From Octopus sinensis (taxonomy: Eukaryota): a DNA stretch of 64,000 nucleotides. The notes under the pieces were generated by a model that was given only the letters and a program-made list of their open reading frames with translations, made no database searches and was not told the DNA's origin. The stretch is from positions 40,300,001 through 40,364,000 of the forward strand of contig NC_043001.1 of assembly GCF_006345805.1 (NCBI RefSeq), in the 5' to 3' direction. The number at the start of each line of letters is the position of its first letter. Within the stretch, counting starts at the first letter, position 1. A program made the translations under genes and the position numbers. Below, piece after piece: positions 1-11,826 of the stretch.

Positions 1-126
1 ACCGCTGAAAAAGCGTGCTACGCTGACATATGGGATAAAAGAACTTGGACATTCCCTGCTGCTTAATACTGCTGGAGGGAAAATTAGTTGGAAGGTACCG
101 AAATCATTGGGATTTTCAACCGAAAC
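1..126 (-). CDS. Candidate second coding exon, runs off the window
   Basis: Acceptor ttattttacgtagactttcag| is followed by 42 open codons in phase 0 (VSVENPNDFGTFQLIFPPAVLSSRECPSSFIPYVSVARFFSG), compatible with the 216-392 exon. Confidence 0.3.
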
Positions 127-215
127 CTGAAAGTCTACGTAAAATAATATAATGTAACAACCATTAAAACAACGAGTGTATTGCGTGTGCTTTCTTCTTG
201 TGCAATTTATTTTAC

Positions 216-392
216 TTGCAAAGTCTTATAACGGTTGGGATATGAGAGAAAATAAAACTGGTTAAGCCAGATGGCATGGTCGCAAACATGTTTTAAGTGG
301 TGGTAGTGGAGGTAGTAATAGCACCTAATTGTTAACAAAGAAACACGGCGACATAGTGTGCTGCAGCCACGTGATACCATGTTGGCCATCAT
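216..392 (-). CDS. Candidate first coding exon of an unidentified host gene; presequence-like N-terminus
   Basis: MMANMVSRGCSTLCRRVSLLTIRCYYY...YKTLQ is rich in R/S/L and lacks acidic residues in the first 30 aa. It ends at CAA|GTAAAA (phase-0 donor, intron 127-215). No homology recognised. Confidence 0.35.
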
Positions 393-906
393 ATTTTATT
401 TAAATGAGGTAAATACTTTGGTCACATGACATGATACGTGCCGCTATTAGCAATTCATTGTCAATTTATCAACCCTTTCTTCCCGTTTTCTATACACGTC
501 AGTTTTAGAATGTTTTAAAATATAAGCGAATCTATACTCATTAAATTTAATTTATACAATCATAATCAATCTACATTTACATATGAGCTACATACATTAT
601 GCCTATGTAAATATATATTTATATAAAATGTATTCATGTATGTGTATGCGTGTGTGTGTACGTACATATACGCAAACGTATTACACTCACCTATATATAT
701 ATATATATAAAATATGCACAAGCATAAAGAATTTTATATATTACTCTGAGTTTCACGTTACCGCCGTTTGAAAAGAAGCGGTAACGCGAAATATACATGC
801 GTGTAAATGTGTGTATACACAAATACCAAGTATATATAATGGTCAATAAATGTGTGATTTTTCAAAAATAACAAATATCGTGAATACATTATATATATGC
901 CAATCT

Positions 907-1039
<133 letters not shown>

Positions 1040-1689
1040 TAGACAGAGATATGTCTATATATATAAAATAACAGACAAGGGTAATGTTATGGGAAAAGAT
1101 TTATTATCTTAACCTATAACATTTTATTGTTTTCTGGTCATTGTGTTCGAAGACAGATTTCCTACTTTTATTGTTTCTTTCGAATGCCTCAAGTACCTCT
1201 CATTCTTCACCTTCTCTACCTCTGAATATTCACCCCTCACTTCATATCTTCTATAGCTTCCCATTTTTTCTCTCTTTCCCTCAATTTCTCATTTTTCTCT
1301 ATTTACATATCTCCCTATATCTTTCAATATTTCCTTCTCTTTGGTTATCCCTCTTTCTTTGACATTTTTCTCTTATTGGCTCGCATCCCTTTGTCTTTTT
1401 ACTCCGCTCTCTCTCTCTCTATCTATCTATCTCTCATTCTTTCAATTCTATTCTGCATCTATTGTTTTCATTTCGTGCAATATATGCATAATCACGCTTG
1501 TACACATACATATACATAATATAAAATATACAATATACACTCATGTGTATATACGCATATATACTCATAATATATGTATATATATATATACGCATATATA
1601 ATCAGATTGACCACTTATGAATATATATAAAAAAAAAATATATACACACAAATATATCAAAAAAGGCACCCTACACTACTACTCTCTCT

Positions 1690-1747
1690 CTTTACACACA
1701 CACACTATATATATATATATATGTATATATAAATATATATATATATA

Positions 1748-1803
<56 letters not shown>

Positions 1804-1902
1804 TACACAAACACACACACATTTACATATATGTGTATACGTATTATAATTATATATACATACATATATAAATATAAGTGTGTGTGTGAGTATATATATA
1901 TA
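1690..1902. repeat. (TA)n/(CA)n compound microsatellite
   Basis: Direct reading. Similar tracts occur at about 9000-9065, 10520-10650, 11330-11720, 16230-16425, 17510-17660, 19560-19720, 29204-29300, 41810-41850 and 42050-42100. Confidence 0.95.
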
Positions 1903-1904
1903 TT

Positions 1905-1985
1905 ATTGTGAGGTAGGCGTTTATGGGGGTTACCCTGGGTTTCTCGCTCGTAAGGGGTTTTGCCTTACGGCGTATCTTCAGATAT
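1905..1985 (-). mobile_element. PLE-like terminal fragment with degenerate HHR-like motif, between TA tracts
   Basis: Minus strand reads CTGAAGA TAC GCC-GTAA-GGC AAAA (core, GNRA-capped stem II, GAAA mutated to AAAA). Confidence 0.4.
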
Positions 1986-3040
1986 ATATATATGACTGGT
2001 CAATCTGGATCACATTTTTCTTTCTTCAGCTTGCTTTCTTAGATTTCTGTTTTTAATAATCTATTTCTTGTCACCTCATTCATTATACACACACTCTCTC
2101 TCTTCCTTATGATCCTTTTTCTTCTCTTCCTTATTTCTCTCACTGTCCTCTTTGTGTCCTTTTACTAATCTTTGCCTCCCTCTCTTTCCCTGTATGTATG
2201 TATTCACATATACACACACACATACATACATATATACACACACGCGCACATATTATTTATACATATATGCACACATACATGACAAATACACTGTGTTAGC
2301 TGCCGTTTTTCTATCTGTATTTCTTCAAATAAATATTTGTTCTCTCTACACACACATCTCTTACCATTTTTTCCCATTAGCTATCTATCTCTGTCGTTCT
2401 ACTGGGCTGTGTTTGTTCATTTTCTCTCGCTATTTCCTTTCCACTATTCTTCCTTTCACACATCTTTATCATGTCTTTCTCATAATGACAACATTCACTT
2501 TACATTAGCTCTTCTAAATCTTTGTTTTTATATTGTCCATATCTCGTTTCATATAGCTTTCTCATTTTTCACTCACATCTTTCACTTGCCTTTCTTTTTT
2601 TTTTTTACTCTTAGTATTAATATTGCTTCTATAGATTCCCTTCCTCTCCTTCATTAAAGTCACTATCTTGAACCTCTTTGTCTGTGTGAATGCCTTTTCC
2701 AGCTCACTTTTTTTTCACCAGACTTTTTTTCTAGATTCCCTTTTTACAATCTGCCCCGTCTGTTACCTCATTCATTCTATTGAACCATTCTAGAGAAACC
2801 AGAGCTTTTTTGTCACATACTAACATTTAAATATATATTATTATTATTAAATATTAAATTAACTTCCACATGTCTCTCACTATTTCTAGTTCCTACATTC
2901 AGTGTCTTCATGGAACTAGTTCTTCCCTTCCCTTCTCTTCCATTACCTGGCTTTTCCGCCTCACTCTCTCTGGCCTCCCCCTCCGCTCCGTCTCTCTGGC
3001 TCCCCCCCCCCCACACACACACACACACGCTCACTCTCTT

Positions 3041-3080
<40 letters not shown>

Positions 3081-3639
3081 ACACTCACCCTTTCCCGGTT
3101 ACTCAGAAATGTTAATCTGTTCTTTTCTTTCCCGATCTTTGTTAATATAAATGTCTTCAGATATATTATTCTTTATTTACTAATAAAAAATAATCTTGAA
3201 AACTGCGGCAATATTTTTTTCTCTCAATATTGTTTTTCTTGTTTGTAAATTATACATCGCTACTAAATTTCATTACTGACCTTGTGCTGACAATATATAA
3301 AATGAAAACATCTTAATCTAGGTTACTGCCACTAAATCTGCTTAGTTCTAAATTTAAAACTGACATATTCCATAAACAGTGTTTAGGATCTTTATCTCTT
3401 TCTTTCTCGCTGCTGTGTGTTAAATGAGTATTTTTCTCCTTAAACTGTGTATAATTCAATTTGTAATGGCTAAAGTAGGCCGCTCAAGGTTTCTAGCTTT
3501 TGAAAAACAGTTATAAGATGCTCACAATTCTGAAATTACATCAAACCGTTGAAATCGAGAAACCGAAACGTTTCATTTCTCTTTTTGTATTAAAATTCGT
3601 TATACGTGTAACGACAATGTTCAGAGAAATTGTTATATC

Positions 3640-5600
3640 AAAATAAGAAGAGATGTATCTTCCAAGGTGATACCCTACGTTGAGCTAGAGATTTTCTGCT
3701 GTCATCTTATCAAATTTCTGCATCCAAAATGGAGGGTATTATAATTCGCTAGAAGGCCAAGTGCATAGATGAAAGGGAGAAGGTTAGCTGTTATTTTTGC
3801 AATCTAGAAAATAAGAATTTTATAAGTAAAGGCATGGCCCAATTGGAGTTAGATAATGGATCTACTGTTGAAAATACAAAGGATATTGTTCTTGAAGCAA
3901 CATTTTATGAAAGATTGTATTCTTCTAAGGAGCACGTGTTAAAAGATTGTGATCTTGAACTTTTTTCTGAAGGGGACTTATATAGGCTTAGTAAAGGAGA
4001 TTCTAACTCATTGGAAGGTCCAATAACTCATGATGAACTTTTGAAATGTTTGAAAAAGACAAAGAACAATAAAAGTCCAGATTCAGATGGGTTCACCTAT
4101 GATTTTTATAAATTCTTTTGGAAGGATTTATCTCCATTTTTGTTGAGATCATTCAACTATAGCTTTGCTAAGGATTATCTATCAGTGACACAGAAGCAAG
4201 GTATTATTACCTGTATTCCAAAAGGAGATAAGCCCAAGAGTTTTTTTTGTTTTTTTTGAAGAACTGGAGACCTATTTCACTTCTCAATACTGCTTACAAA
4301 CTACTTTCATCTGTTATTGCTGGGAGGTTTAAAAGTATCCTTCCAAAGTTGATTAGTACTGTTCAAACAGGTTTCATATCTAATAGACACATTGGGGAAA
4401 CATAAGAGTGATATACTGATGAATTACACAGAATCAAATGACATACTGGGAATGTTGTTTTTAATAGATTTTGAGAAGGCATTCAATTCTGTTTCATGGT
4501 CATTTATAAACAAGACACTCCCTTTTTTAGGCTTTGGTTATGACATCCGTAAATGATTCAATGTTCTGTACAATTGTGCTAGATCTTGCCTGTTAATTAG
4601 CCTTACATTGTCTCCTTGGCTCCCTGTTGAGCGGGGAATGTGGACAGGGTGATCCTCTCTCTCCATATATTTTTATCCTATGTGTTGAGGCCCTGGCTGG
4701 TCTAATAAGAAAAATTCAAAATATTAAAGGAATTACAGTTGATGATGGGAAATATCTGTTAATGCAATATGCTGATGATACAGAGTTCATTTTAGACGGT
4801 TCACAAGAGTCTTTTGAAGCTACAGTAGATACCTTGAATTTCTTCGCTGATATATCCGGACTTAAAATTAACTATGATAAGTCTCAGGTAATATGAATAG
4901 ATTCAAGAAGAGGTAGTGCAGTCAAATACCTAATTTAAATATAAAATGGAACTCAAATCACTTCAAGCTTTTAGGTGTAATATTCTCAATAGATTTAAAG
5001 GACATGGCAAAAAAGAATTTTGAAAATAAATTATTTGAAATTCAGGTAATAATTAATAGATAAATGAAAAAAATAATTGCACCAATGGGTAGAATTGCAG
5101 TTATAAAATCACTACTCATTTCAAAATTGAACAACCTCTTCCTTACTCTACCAAATCCACTGGGTAAATTTCTTCAGGAACTAAACACAATATTATTTAA
5201 ATTTCTCTGGAGTGGAAAACCGGAAAAAATTAAGAGAGTTGTTGCTTGTAAGCCTGTTAAAGAAGGTGGACTTGGTATGGTAGAAGCTTTTGCTTTCGTC
5301 AACTCTTTAAAACTATCCTGGATGAGAAAGTTGATGGACATTCAATATGAATTCAAATGGAAACTCTTATGCCATGCTTCCTCCACAAAACTGAAAAATT
5401 TAGCTGTATTTTGTAACGTTTTCCCGAGCAAACTAGCTAACACTATAAGGAATTATTTTTGGCATGATTGTATTTCTGCCTTTGACAAGTTTACAAATAA
5501 GATGGAGCCTAATTTATTTGATGAATTCATAACAGAACCAATTTACTTTAATAAAAACTTAAGGGTTGGTAAAGAGGCAATCTTCTACCACTGCCAGTAA
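3640..5600 (+). pseudogene. Tx1/L1-clade LINE ORF2 (reverse transcriptase), decayed
   Basis: KNNKSPDSDGFTYDFYKFFW, QKQGIITCIPKGDKP, NWRPISLLN, GCGQGDPLSPYIF, QYADDT, GLKINYDKSQ; frameshifts and stops; 3' truncated by an RTE insertion. Confidence 0.92.
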
Positions 5601-6393
5601 CAAAGGGCTTTTTCTCAGAGTTAAAGGTAGACTGTATAATGCTTGTGTGTCAACAGCTATGCTACATGGCAGTGAAACATGGGCTGTGACTGCTGAGGAT
5701 ATGTGTTGGGTCATAAGAAATGAAGCAATTATGCTTCACTAGATTTGTAATGTCAGTGTGCATGCACAACAGAGTGTGTCCTGAAAGAAAAGTTAGTCAT
5801 AAGGGGCATCAGATGTGATGTGTAAGAATGACAACTGCACTGGTATGGTCATGTGTTGCCTACAGATGAAGATAAAGTGCTGCACTCTAACAGTGGAGGG
5901 AACCTGTGGAAGAGGTAGACCCAGGAAGACATCAGACGAGATAGTGAAGCATAATCTTCGAATGTTGGGCCTCACAGAGGCAATAACAAAGGACTGAGAC
6001 CTCTGGCAATATGCTGTGCTTGAGAAGACTTGCCAAGCCAAGTGAAATCGTAGTCATGGCTGATGCCAGTGCTGTCAGTGTAGCGTCCATGCCAGTGGCA
6101 CATGAAAAGCACTGCTCATGCATTGGGCCTCAAGAGGCAGTGACAAGCGATCAAGACCTTTGGCAATATATCATGCTTGTGAAGACCTGTCAAACCAAGC
6201 GAGATTGTAGTCACGACCGACGCTGGTGTCACATCAATAGCACCCATGTTGGTAGCATGTAAAAAGCACCCACTACACTCTTGGAGTGGTTGACATTAGG
6301 AAGTGCATCCAGCCATAGAAACTATGCCAAATCAGATTGGAACTTGGTGCAGCTTTCCAGCTTGCCAGTTTTCAGTTAAAATGTCCAACCCAT
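5585..6393 (+). mobile_element. RTE-clade LINE 3' portion (ORF2 C-terminus plus 3' UTR); resumes at 6958-6990
   Basis: VKGRLYNACV...GSETWAV, VEGTCGRGRPRKT...LGLTE; 3' UTR motif CCAACCCATG-TAGCATGGAAA. Confidence 0.9.
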
Positions 6394-6482
6394 ACAGTTC
6401 TATATTTAAGAGATGAGGAATTATGTGCATTATTTACATTATTTACATTTGACGGATATTTGTCCTCATCTTGATTGTTGTT

Positions 6483-6525
6483 AACACGTTTCGGCTGATA
6501 TACCCTCCAGCCTTCATCAGGTGTC
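6483..6525 (-). ncRNA. Minimal type I hammerhead-like motif (left arm)
   Basis: GACAC CTGATGA A GGCTG-loop-CAGCC GAAA CG TGTT; small deletion at the cleavage site relative to the other copies. Confidence 0.55.
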
Positions 6526-6594
6526 TTGGGGAAATTTCAAACCTGGGTTTTCATTCCTAAGGTATTTTTCAATGTTGTTGTTGTTGTTGTTGTT

Positions 6595-6668
<74 letters not shown>

Positions 6669-6762
6669 TTTCCAGATCACTGCCTGGAATCGAATTTGGA
6701 ATCTTGGGTTTAGTAGCCTGCGCTCTTAACCTCAAGATTCTGAGCTCGATTCCAGGCAGTGA

Positions 6763-6822
<60 letters not shown>

Positions 6823-6872
6823 CATTGAAAAATACCTTAGGAATGAGAACCCAGGTTTGAAATTTCCCCTAA

Positions 6873-6915
6873 GACACCTGATGAAGGCTGGAGGGTATAT
6901 CAGCCAAAATGTGTA
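6873..6915 (+). ncRNA. Minimal hammerhead-like motif (right arm, GAAA mutated)
   Basis: GACAC CTGATGA A GGCTG-loop-CAGCC AAAA TG TGT. Confidence 0.45.
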
Positions 6916-9006
6916 AACAACAACCAAGATGAGGACAAATATCCGTCAAAAATAAATAATGTCCAACCCATGTTAGCATGGAAATTGGACATTTCCAGTA
7001 TTTTAATCACTAAACTATTTTTCCTTTTCACTAACATAGATGGTGAAGAAATTCTGTATTAATTTTATCTTGATACAGACTGAGTATTTACTTCCATATA
7101 AATTAAGCTTGCTTTAAATAATTTTGGATAGTTATCCTAAGAGAAAACATGTAGGCTTGACAAATGAATATTCATGGTTTCAATCTAGTTGGGTCTTATT
7201 TACTGATCCTTTGGTTGTCAGGACTGTATGTTCTTTCAAGAAATTTATAACTATTGTAGAATAAAATTAAATATCAGAGGCACAAAATTAAGAAGTTATC
7301 TTTGCAATCAAATACTTCTAGGCTCAAACTCTCTTTGTGACAGAGGTAGGTATGGTAATATTATTTTATGTGATCTTTCCTGATTTGGTTGCTATTTTTG
7401 CAGGTCAAGTAAGCTAAGTGTTTAGAAGTGTTAATTCATCTGTCCCTGCATTTGTATAAAAATGGTGTAAAATGGTGCATCAAGTTGCATCTCTTTAAAA
7501 CTTAACCATTCAATATATTGAGATTGGTAAAATATGTACCAGACTGAAATAAGCACCAGAGTCTATATGATCATCCAAAAGCCTTGAAAGTAGTGTCCCA
7601 CTATGGCTGTAGTAAATGTCTGGGGCCAGTAAAAGAATAAATGAATTGTATAAAATTAATTTGATCATCCAAAAGCCTTGAAAGTAGTGTCCCACTATGG
7701 CTGTAGTAAAGTTTTCTTACATCAAATTAAATAATTCATAGACATTCAAAGAAGAGGGGGAGGAGGAGAAGGAAGAAGGCGGTGGTGGCGGCGGCGGCGG
7801 CAGCAGCAGCAGCTGCAGTCACAGCAGTGGCAGGGATGATAATGATGATGATGATGGTGATGGTGATGAACTATTGTGTTGTTACATAATTTGATAAGAA
7901 ATAGCATGACATTTAACAAATAAGCATTTTAATTTTTTTTTATCTTAATTTTTATTGCTCTCAAATAAATGCCTACATTAGAAAGTAGTAAGAAATAAAT
8001 CTCTGTTATTTATTTTTGCTAAAATAACAGAACAGAAACTATACTCCTTGTTCACTCTCTTAAATTTTCTTCATTATTTTTGCTTGTTCAGCTAATACTC
8101 CAAAACATTTAATTCTTTAGAATGTAGCTTTATATTTTAAACAAGCTATAATTTAGCTCAATGGCTATAATTTATTCCTAATGAAGTTATGAAACTACTT
8201 ATAAAAATAAACATAGTTTTTAGAAGTAAGGCAAATGAATGTATAAGATATTCAATTAAGAAGACCCCTTAAAGTTATAAATTCACATTTAATATAGGTG
8301 TTTAATTGGGTTTTTATATTCTTAATTCTCAGTACTTCAGCTTACCAGACTTTACATAATGTGCTTAAGATCTTAGAGAGAATGTTACCTGCAGTAGACT
8401 GATATACTATAGAAAAGACTTGTCTTTCTCCTGCTTTGTGCTTCAAAGCCCAGAGCTAAGCACAATCACTTTATGAACACCTCTGGTTAATAGACTTATT
8501 GTTATTTTATTTTGTTAACATAATTTATCGTCTGAGTGTATATAACACCAGTCTACAATGAAAATAATTTACTGAACCAAAATAAGTAATAGACTTCAAA
8601 TTATATGTTGATTAAGTAAATGTGGAGATAAATTGCCAGCATGGAAAATGGACATTAAATGATGATGATGATAATGATGATGAATTAAAAATCTTATATT
8701 AAATGAAAATTAGCAAATATCTAGAGAAAGATATTAAAATCCATAATCTTTTTTAAATGGCATGATTGTTATCCTATCATACTGAAGTAGAAGGAGAAGA
8801 TTTTAATGAATACATTAGCTTCAGTTCTACCTTTGCACTAAACTATTAATTTTGTTATGCCTGTTTTCTTGCTTTTTGTCATGCATACTTCTTACTTCTT
8901 TAACTTGCCTTTTAAAATTTCTTATTAAACAACTTCAAACTCTTTCTGTCAGAAATTGATATTGAAACATGTTTATAAGATAAACTTCTAAATCACTACA
9001 TATATG

Positions 9007-9059
<53 letters not shown>

Positions 9060-10301
9060 TATGTATATAAAGATAAACTTCAGTTTAAAATAAGTATGGA
9101 ATGTACTTTCTACAATCCAACTCGATTCATAATATGCATGTTTAAAGAGTGTTATAGTAATAAAGAACAAGAAAACAGGTATTCTTTTTAATAAGTAGAT
9201 GAGAGAAAGGATAAGTAAAAATTTGCTATGTGCCAATGGAAATAGAAACAAGTGAAAAACAGGTTTCAATTAGACATATTTTTCCTGCTTAGGAAGAACT
9301 GATTACTATTGTTGTTCTACTACTACTATTAGTAAACCAGCTGTTCTTTAAACATTTTTCTTTTTCTAATTATTTAAGCAGAGTCAAATCCAGATAATAT
9401 TAGGGAAAGCCAAGAACTGTACCAATTAATAGTTTTAAGAATAAAATTACCTGATTTTCCTATTACTGTTATTGTTTTTTGACTTTAGATTTTTATCAAG
9501 CTTTTCTCCCTGCTTCTCTTTATTGAATCTTGATACAACTATGACTTCTGAGTAAAAATATTTTACAAAATCTGAAATAAAAGTGGGAAATATAACTGCA
9601 AAATTTCAGTAAAATAAATTTAGGAATTTTTATAGTGTTAAGAATTCTAGTTTGCCAGTCTTATGGATAAAACAGTTCATTTATTTCTGAGGTCTTTCTG
9701 CTAAAAATGATATCAATAACTTTGTTACTTACATCAGAAGATTCTTTATTTCTTTAACAAAACATCTTAATTTCTTTAGCTCACTTCACACAACCTAATC
9801 TCCACATAATTTTTTCTATATTTCATGTTCTGTAGCTTCACTACATTAGCATAGCAAAAATAAAACTTACTTACATTTACTTATTCTATGTCATTAAAAA
9901 TTCATTTTGGAGGCAAGGCTGTGTTCAGGATTTATGTCTAGTGAGGTCACAGCTAAGTCAATATGAGACAAGTGGAGTGAGCCTATGTGTTTAATTGTTA
10001 GAAACATGATGAAGGCTGACTAATAAATGTTACAACAAATTTTTAATTTTCTTTTTGCCACCTTTTATCTTTTTCTCCATGCTAGCATATGTGGAATGCC
10101 TTTAGTAAATTTGAACAGTAACATTTTGTTGAATTAATTATTTTTTTTAGTTCAGTATCCTTACTACTTTAAGGTGGAGCTTGTCAACTAATAAACTGCA
10201 ATGGTTGTCTTAAATCTGAATTCATGATAGTGTTGCTGCCACTTTCTAGATAGTGCAGCCACTTTCTAGAACTGTAGTCTAAATATCAAAAAAAAAAAAA
10301 A

Positions 10302-10515
10302 TAGCCACAGGGGTAGCTGAGAGGTTAAGAAGTTTGCTCACCATGTGTGATGTCAGATTCAGTCCCACTGCATAGCACCTTGGGCAAGTATTTTCTACTA
10401 TACTGCTTGACTAACTTAAATCCTTGTGAATGTATTTGGTAGACGGGAATTGAAAGAAGCCTATCATCTGTGTGTGTGTGTGGTGTCTGTCTGTTTGTGT
10501 GTATCTTTCTCTCTC
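10302..10515 (+). mobile_element. tRNA-derived SINE family A, degenerate 5' half
   Basis: B-box-like GATTCAGTCCC followed by CACTGCATAGCACCTTGGGCAAG; aligns by eye to 11931-12366. Confidence 0.8.
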
Positions 10516-10549
10516 TAACTACATATATATTTATACATAATATATATAC

Positions 10550-10610
<61 letters not shown>

Positions 10611-10653
10611 GGCCACACCACACGAATAACATATACATATATATATATATATA

Positions 10654-11330
10654 TCATCATCATCATCACCATCATCATTGTTTAACGTCCACTTTCCATG
10701 TTAGCATGGGTTGGACGATTTGACTGGTGCGAACCAGATAGCTGCACCAGGCTCCAATCTGGATCTGGCAGAGTTTCTACAGCTGGATGCCCTTCCTAAT
10801 GCCAACCACTCAGAGAGTGTAGTGGGTGCTTTTACGTACCACTGGCACGGAGGCCAGTCAGGTGGTACTGGCAACGACCTCGCTCGAATGTTTTTACACG
10901 TGCCAGTAAGGCGACACTGGTAATGATCACACTCGAATGGTGCCTTTTATGTGCCACTGGCAGAGAAGCCAGTTAGCCACTCTGTCAACGATCACACTCG
11001 TATGGTGCTCTTTGCACCCCGCTAGCACAGTTGCCTGTCATCGAATTTGATTTTGATTTCACTTGCCTTAACAGGTCTTTGCAAGCAGAGTTTAGTGTCC
11101 AAAGAAGGAAAAGGTACGCGTAAGTGGGCTGGTTACACCCCTGGCATAGGCCATGAGGTTATGGTCTTATTTGGCTTGCCGGGTCTTCTCAAGCACAGCA
11201 TATTTCCAAAAGCCTCGGTCACTGGTCATTTCCTTGGTGAGGCCTAAAGTTCGAAGGTTGTGCTTCACCACTTCATCCCAGGTATTCCGGGGTCTACCTC
11301 TTCCACAGGTTCTCTCAATCGCTAGGGTGT
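10654..11330 (-). mobile_element. RTE LINE 3' end with (GAT)n tail
   Basis: Antisense of GRPRNTWDEVVKHNLRTLGL; tail AGCATGGAAAGTGGACGTTAAAC(GAT)n. Confidence 0.9.
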
Positions 11331-11335
11331 GAGAT

Positions 11336-11376
<41 letters not shown>

Positions 11377-11441
11377 GTATATATTATATATATTATATAT
11401 ATATTATATATATATATATATAATGTGTATAAGGTGGATGA

Positions 11442-11648
11442 AGTGGGCTGGTTTACACCCCTGGCATAGGCCATGAGGTTATGGTCTTATTTGGCTTGCC
11501 GGGTCTTCTCAAGCACAGCATATTTCCAAAAGCCTCGGTCACTGGTCATTTCCTGGTGAGGCCTAAAGTTCGAAGGTTGTGCTTCACCACTTCATCCCAG
11601 GTATTCCTGGGTCTACCTCTTCCACAGGTTCTCTCAATCGCTAGGGTG
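11442..11648 (-). repeat. Near-identical duplicate of about 11121-11330 (RTE fragment)
   Basis: About 205 bp repeated across a TA tract, with about 3 differences. Confidence 0.9.
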
Positions 11649-11653
11649 TATAT

Positions 11654-11722
<69 letters not shown>

Positions 11723-11826
11723 AATATAGATATAAATATGTATAAGGATGAAAAGGAACACAACGAGTTGATATTATGGAAAAAAAGTCAAGATAGGAAA
11801 TGCAAAATAATTTTAAAGAAACATTT

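Larger units (their letters stand above)
1..540. promoter_or_regulatory. CpG-rich promoter-like region
   Basis: About 18 CpGs by manual count in 1-540 versus essentially none in unique sequence such as 7000-7560. E-box CACGTG at 368-373, GTCACATGAC at 421-430, and GCCAACATGG around a minus-strand ATG. Confidence 0.5.
6394..6957. mobile_element. Head-to-head palindromic insertion of a tRNA-headed, HHR-tailed short element
   Basis: Two inverted arms (tRNA-like 3' half, triplet microsatellite, HHR-like motif). Direct repeat AATGTCCAACCCAT at 6380-6393 and 6958-6971. Confidence 0.85.

Noticed and set aside
6517-6927. ORFs with poly-L/Y/V/N, and other poly-YI/HT/SL/RE/H ORFs in the track
   Set aside because: Translations of microsatellites.
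7404-7408. 5-nt micro-exon pattern tttttgcag|GTCAA|gtaagc
   Set aside because: Cannot be distinguished from chance without transcript data.
7751-7890. In-frame E/G/S/D homopolymer run resembling a coding low-complexity region
   Set aside because: Compound triplet microsatellite bounded by stops, without start or splice support; similar tracts occur elsewhere in the window.
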